Source: a cyanobacterium endosymbiont of Rhopalodia gibba
GTDB lineage: Bacteria; Cyanobacteriota; Cyanobacteriia; Cyanobacteriales; Microcystaceae
DNA: 64,000 bases
Assembly (NCBI GenBank): GCA_045159875.1
Contig: CP067995.1
Coordinates: forward strand, 832,001 to 896,000
Reading direction: 5' to 3'
Below, piece after piece: positions 58,640 through 64,000 of this stretch. The notes below the pieces were generated by a model. It saw only the letters and a program-made list of their open reading frames with translations, was not told the origin of the DNA and did not search any database. The stretch's first letter is position 1; every line of letters starts with the position of its first letter. The position numbers and the translations under genes were made by a program.

Positions 58640-60081
58640 AAACTTTGCCAAAAAAACTGTAACTTTCAGACTACATGTGTCTTATTCTTATTTTTTTAAA
58701 AAAATCATGTAAATGAATTAATAAATCAGACTAAAATAGTAGTAAATATTCTTTGCAAAGAACAAGTCAATAACTAATTAAATTATAAAAAAATAAATTA
58801 AAAATTAAAAATGTCTAAAAAACTAGATTGTAAAAATATTTTAGGGGTTTTTAAAAGTAAATATATTTTTTTAAAAAAGACAAAAATTTAAAGAAGAGAA
58901 CAAAAAGTTAAATAGATTAAGTATATAAAATATATATTTTTTCTAATAAAACTCTAGTTAAAAACTATAAATAATACATTAAATAAAGATAAAATTAAAT
59001 ATTAAAACTATTTAAATTAAAAATATTTAAATCACTCATTTTCTATCTTTTTTAACAAGAAATAGAAAATATAAATAATAAAATTAAAGTTAGTTAGAAT
59101 AAATTTTATGGATTTTAAAAAATGTGTAAATTTTCAATTTTTTTAGAAGATAAAAATACATAACCCATGGAAGAGATAAACTATGTAAAAATTCTAATCT
59201 TACTTTATCTAAAGGTAGTTTTTTTGAAAAAATTTTTATGACTTTTTATATAAAGAGATATTTTAATTTAAAAAAATATAAAATCAATAAATACAGTTTT
59301 ATAAACACAGTTTTTCTTTTAAAAAAGAACTGTATGTTCACAACTAGTTTATTAAAACTAAAATAGTTTATTTTAAATAAAACTTAAATCACAATCAAAT
59401 ATTAATTAATATAAATCAAATCTATAAATCATGTCTTCAAAAGTTCTATTCTCTAACATTGTAGTTTATTTTTTTTAAAAAAACCTCTAAAAACTAAGTC
59501 AGAGGAACAGACCTAAAAAAACACAGGTATCTCTTTCTCTTATAAAAAAAGTTAGTCTTATAGTCTCTACATCAAGAAAAAATTGATTTCTGGAGAGTAA
59601 GTAGTCAAAAATTTGCTTAATAACGAGAATTATCGGCATATCACATTTCTTAAGCGAAAAATTTTGGGGACTCATAATAAGGATAATTATGGTAGAAAAG
59701 AAAAAAAATAGTATAATTGTAAATCGGAGCTATAAAAGCATCCCAGGGACCCTGTGTAGTCATTATCTCTATGGTTTTAGGCGCTGTTTCCATAGTTAAA
59801 GACTATTTTTTAGTTAATTTTCTTAAAAAAATCCAAAAGTGATGAATTTTCGTTTTCTTCAAACAAGTTACTTATTGAAGTGTAGTCCTCCATTTTAGAA
59901 ATAAAAGTATTGTTATAAATAAGAAATTTTAGTACTTCCTTTATAATAATCGACAAGTCTATGGATTAAAGTGCTGTGACACCCAAGTTGTAGCGGGATT
60001 ATCTATTCTGGAATGGAAATTTTGTCCGGGTTTAACCATCTACCATCTATAATCTCTGATCTTTTATTCAAACATAAAGTT

Positions 60082-61965
60082 ATGAAACCACAAGCAGATT
60101 CACAGTTTGACTACGTTAAGATCAATTTAGCCTCTCCAGAGCGCGTTCGTCAGTGGGGAGAAAGAAGTCTTCCCAATGGTGTGGTGGTCGGAGAAGTTAC
60201 TAAACCGGAGACCATTAACTACCGGACTCTAAAACCAGAAATGGATGGCTTATTCTGTGAACGTATTTTTGGACCTTCCAAAGACTGGGAATGTTGGTGT
60301 GGTAAATATAAGCGGGTACGTCATCGAGGAATTGTCTGCGAACGGTGTGGCGTAGAGGTAACAGAATCTCGGGTGCGTCGCCATCGTATGGGTTTTATTA
60401 AATTAGCGGCTTCTGTTACCCACGTTTGGTATCTTAAGGGAATTCCAAGTTACTTGAGTATCCTTTTAGATATGGCTTTGCGGGATGTTGAACAAATTGT
60501 CTATTTCAACTCCTATGTTGTCCTTGATCCAGGTAATGCCAGTAACCTATCCTACAAACAACTCTTAACCGAGGATCAATGGATTGAAATCGAAGATCAA
60601 ATTTACGCTGAAGACTCTGAGCTGCATGGGATTGAGGTCGGCATTGGTGCAGAAGCTATTCAACGGTTATTACGAGAAATTAATTTAGATGAAGTTGCTG
60701 AAAGACTCCGAGAAGAAATTCTCGAAAGTAAAGGACAAAAACGAGCTAAATTAATTAAACGGTTACGGGTCATTGATAACTTCATTGCGACAGAATCTCG
60801 ACCAGAATGGATGGTATTAGAAGTGATTCCGGTCATTCCTCCTGATTTACGTCCTATGGTTCAGCTGGATGGGGGTCGTTTTGCGACCTCTGACCTCAAT
60901 GATCTTTATCGACGGGTGATTAACCGGAATAATCGTCTCGCCCGTTTGCAGGAAATTTTAGCTCCTGAAATCATTGTTCGCAACGAAAAACGGATGTTGC
61001 AAGAGGCAGTTGATGCACTAATTGATAATGGACGGCGAGGACGTACGGTTGTGGGGGCAAATAATCGTGCATTAAAATCACTCTCGGATATTATCGAAGG
61101 GAAGCAAGGTCGCTTCCGTCAAAATCTCTTAGGAAAACGAGTAGACTATTCTGGACGCTCAGTTATTGTCGTTGGTCCTAAGCTAAAGATCTATCAGTGT
61201 GGCTTACCAAGGGAAATGGCAATTGAGCTATTCCAACCTTTCGTTATTCATCGCTTGATTCGTTTAGGGTTAGTTAATAATATTAAGGCCGCTAAAAAGC
61301 TGATTGTTCGTGAAGAACCTAACGTATGGAATGTTCTAGAAGAAGTCATTACGGGTCACCCCGTCATGCTGAATCGTGCGCCAACTTTGCACCGTTTAGG
61401 AATTCAAGCTTTTGAACCGATTTTAGTAGAGGGTCGGGCAATTCAGTTACACCCGTTGGTCTGTCCGGCGTTTAACGCTGACTTTGATGGCGACCAAATG
61501 GCAGTTCATGTTCCCCTTTCATTAGAATCTCAATCTGAAGCACGATTACTGATGTTAGCCTGTCATAACATTCTGTCACCTGCGACAGGTAGGCCGATTG
61601 TGGCTCCTTCTCAGGATATGGTATTGGGATGTTATTATCTCACTGCTGAAAATCCAAAAGCACAAAAAGGAGCAGGTAACTATTTTGGGAGTTTTGATGA
61701 CGCGCTAAAAGCTTACGAACAGGAAAAATTAGATTTACATGCTTATATTTGGCTCCGTATTGCTGTAGATGAAAAAGTAGTCAGTTTCAAACCTGATGAA
61801 GAGGTTCTTAAAACAGAGACCCTAGACGATGGAAGTTTGGTCAAACATTACCGCGAACGTCGAACGCGGGAAAAGGATGGGGAAATTCTCGCCCAATTTA
61901 TTCGTACTACCCCAGGTCGAATTATCTACAATAAAACTATTCAGGATGCACTAGTTACTATTTAG
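60082..61965 (+). CDS. rpoC1: RNA polymerase gamma subunit
   Basis: KPETINYRT, Zn finger, NADFDGD active site; about 625 aa, i.e. the split cyanobacterial beta-prime; probable start ATG at 60082. Confidence 0.98.
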   Translation: MKPQADSQFDYVKINLASPERVRQWGERSLPNGVVVGEVTKPETINYRTLKPEMDGLFCERIFGPSKDWECWCGKYKRVRHRGIVCERCGVEVTESRVRRHRMGFIKLAASVTHVWYLKGIPSYLSILLDMALRDVEQIVYFNSYVVLDPGNASNLSYKQLLTEDQWIEIEDQIYAEDSELHGIEVGIGAEAIQRLLREINLDEVAERLREEILESKGQKRAKLIKRLRVIDNFIATESRPEWMVLEVIPVIPPDLRPMVQLDGGRFATSDLNDLYRRVINRNNRLARLQEILAPEIIVRNEKRMLQEAVDALIDNGRRGRTVVGANNRALKSLSDIIEGKQGRFRQNLLGKRVDYSGRSVIVVGPKLKIYQCGLPREMAIELFQPFVIHRLIRLGLVNNIKAAKKLIVREEPNVWNVLEEVITGHPVMLNRAPTLHRLGIQAFEPILVEGRAIQLHPLVCPAFNADFDGDQMAVHVPLSLESQSEARLLMLACHNILSPATGRPIVAPSQDMVLGCYYLTAENPKAQKGAGNYFGSFDDALKAYEQEKLDLHAYIWLRIAVDEKVVSFKPDEEVLKTETLDDGSLVKHYRERRTREKDGEILAQFIRTTPGRIIYNKTIQDALVTI

Positions 61966-62003
61966 ATTGACTGTCTTCTCAACAAATAGACTTTTTGTAA
62001 TGT

Positions 62004-62037
62004 AGTGGTTGGGAATCTAATTCCTAACCACTTTTTT
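62004..62037 (+). terminator. Intrinsic terminator after rpoC1
   Basis: agtggttgggaat-cta-attcctaaccact followed by a T-tract. Confidence 0.75.
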
Positions 62038-62066
62038 AATAGTTAATATTTATTCTCTAAATTAAA

Positions 62067-63671
62067 GTGACTGTATTTAACCAAGAACATTTATTATTCA
62101 CTCCTGCAACTCCTGAATCTGACGCCATACCTACTATTTTTGCTTTTCCTAATAAGTACACTATAGGAATTACTAGTTTGGGCTATCAATTAGTTTGGAG
62201 AACTTTGGCGTTAAGATCGGATGTTGATATCAGTCGTTTATTTACAGATATTTATGAACCTTTACCTCTGTCACCTGAACTTTTTGGCTTTTCTTTTTCT
62301 TGGGAATTAGACTATATCAATATTCTGAATCTTCTAGAATCTTTCGAGATTTCTCTTTATAGTAATGAACGAAATAATCATCAACCTTTAGTATTTGGCG
62401 GAGGTACAGTGTTAACTGCTAACCCTGAACCGTTTGCTGCCTTTTTTGATGTAATTTTATTGGGAGATGGAGAAGAGTTATTGGATAGTTTCATTGATGC
62501 TTATAAAGAAATCAGAACAGCTGATCGTCAAATCAAATTACGATATTTAGCTAATATACCAGGAGTTTATATTCCCAGTTTATATGAAGTGACTTATTAT
62601 AGCCTTGATGGTGGAGTCAAATCGATTGAGCCAATTAACAATGACATTCCAAATATTATTCAAAAACAAACCTATAAAAGTAACACATTACCTGCTTCGA
62701 CAGTAGTTACAGAGAAGGCTGCTTGGGAAAATATTTATATGGTAGAAGTAGTAAGAAGTTGTCCTGAAATGTGTCGTTTTTGTCTTGCTAGTTATTTAAC
62801 ATTACCCTTTCGGACAGCTAGCTTAGAAGGTTCTTTAATTCCCGCTATTGAAAAGGGTTTGACAGTAACAAATAGAATTGGATTGTTAGGTCCGTCTATC
62901 ACCCAACATCCTGAATTTGAAATTTTACTAGATTATTTATCACAATCAAAATATGAAGATGTTCGCCTTAGTATTGCTTCAGTTCGAACTAATACAGTTA
63001 CTGAAAAGTTAGCTAGAACTTTAGCTAATAGGGGAACTCGTTCGATTACTATTGCAATTGAAAGTGGATCAGAGCAAATTAGGAAAATAATCAATAAAAA
63101 ATTAACTAACAAAGAAATAATTCAAGCAGCAATTAATGCTAAAGCAGGGGGATTGAAAGCAATAAAATTTTATGGCATGGTGGGACTTCCTAAGGAAGAA
63201 GACTCAGATATAGAAGCTACTATTAGAATCTTAGAAGATGTTAGAAAAGTTGCACCGGGATTAAAATTAACCTTTGGTTGCAGTACCTTTGTCCCTAAAT
63301 CTCACACTCCATTTCAATGGCTTGGTGTTAATAACAATGCAAAAAAAAGACTGAAATATTTAGAAAAACAGTTGGGAAAAAGAGGAATTAATTTCCGTCC
63401 AGAAAGCTACAATTGGTCCTTGGTTCAAGCTCTAATTTCTAGGGGTGATCGTCGCTTATCAAAGTTATTAGAGTTAACCCGAAATTATGGAGATACATTA
63501 GGAAGTTATAAACGAGTATTTAAAGAGTTAAAAGAAGAATTACCTCCCTTAGATTTTTATGTTCATAAAGATTGGAAAAGAGAGCAAATATTGCCTTGGC
63601 ATCATTTACATGGACCACTATCACAACAAACTTTAATGAAGCATTTAAATGAATCCATGAGTAATACTTAA
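62067..63671 (+). CDS. Radical SAM protein (B12-binding-domain-associated family)
   Basis: CPEMCRFC CxxxCxxC motif; GITSLGYQ, FVPKSHTPFQW. Confidence 0.88.
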   Translation: MTVFNQEHLLFTPATPESDAIPTIFAFPNKYTIGITSLGYQLVWRTLALRSDVDISRLFTDIYEPLPLSPELFGFSFSWELDYINILNLLESFEISLYSNERNNHQPLVFGGGTVLTANPEPFAAFFDVILLGDGEELLDSFIDAYKEIRTADRQIKLRYLANIPGVYIPSLYEVTYYSLDGGVKSIEPINNDIPNIIQKQTYKSNTLPASTVVTEKAAWENIYMVEVVRSCPEMCRFCLASYLTLPFRTASLEGSLIPAIEKGLTVTNRIGLLGPSITQHPEFEILLDYLSQSKYEDVRLSIASVRTNTVTEKLARTLANRGTRSITIAIESGSEQIRKIINKKLTNKEIIQAAINAKAGGLKAIKFYGMVGLPKEEDSDIEATIRILEDVRKVAPGLKLTFGCSTFVPKSHTPFQWLGVNNNAKKRLKYLEKQLGKRGINFRPESYNWSLVQALISRGDRRLSKLLELTRNYGDTLGSYKRVFKELKEELPPLDFYVHKDWKREQILPWHHLHGPLSQQTLMKHLNESMSNT

Positions 63672-64000
63672 AGATTACTGTTTACAGTAAATCGAATTAA
63701 ATAAACATCAGAATAATATTTTTTTTTAAAAAAAATTAATTTAGAGATGACTAAAAAAATATATATATTAAAAAATAAACGAACTAGTCTCAAAAAACAT
63801 AAAAAATAGCTAAAAATAGAAGGTTACATTATAGATAAATATGTAATCAATAATAGATAAGATTATCAACATGCAACAATTAGACATAATTAGAAATACT
63901 ATACTCTAAGATGTAGCTACTTTACAGTTTAATTCATTAACTATAACTAACAAATATATTTTTTATCAAAAAAACTACTTCTCATAAGAAATAAATGACT

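Noticed and set aside
57912..59700. AT-rich tract as replication origin
   Set aside because: No convincing TTATCCACA DnaA-box cluster seen and no dnaA/dnaN nearby; similar deserts occur elsewhere in the window
60082..61965. rpoC1 not adjacent to rpoB/rpoC2
   Set aside because: Separate rpoC1 is known in Synechocystis-like unicellular cyanobacteria, so it is not novel

Overview
Low-GC, gene-sparse DNA from a unicellular cyanobacterium of the Cyanothece/Crocosphaera/Rippkaea type that is undergoing genome reduction. The carboxysome/RuBisCO superlocus (ccmK-ccmL-ccmM-ccmN, rbcL-rbcX-rbcS) is fully pseudogenised by stops, frameshifts and small deletions. menB (phylloquinone synthesis), an ARTO-type ctaE, a histidine kinase, an LRAT/NC-domain gene and a Zn alcohol dehydrogenase are also relics. 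Eroded IS630 and ISL3 fragments and multi-kb AT-rich deserts separate about 27 intact genes (ndhF4, ndhD4, plmA, cobM, upp, ribF, crhR, rimO, murA, ribBA, trmD, rpoC1 and others) and two tRNAs (Cys-GCA, Leu-CAG). This fits a non-photosynthetic endosymbiont such as the spheroid body/diazoplast of rhopalodiacean diatoms (inference; no nif or host marker lies in the window). The most interesting signals are: intact CO2-uptake-type ndhF4/ndhD4 beside a dead CCM/RuBisCO locus; a retained ORF resembling actinoporin/jasmonate-induced-protein folds; a retained tandem RNase III protein lacking most catalytic acids; tRNA-Leu(CAG) with A37; and long near-perfect palindromes persisting in decayed DNA. All family assignments are by eye from remembered motifs, and pseudogene and IS boundaries are approximate.
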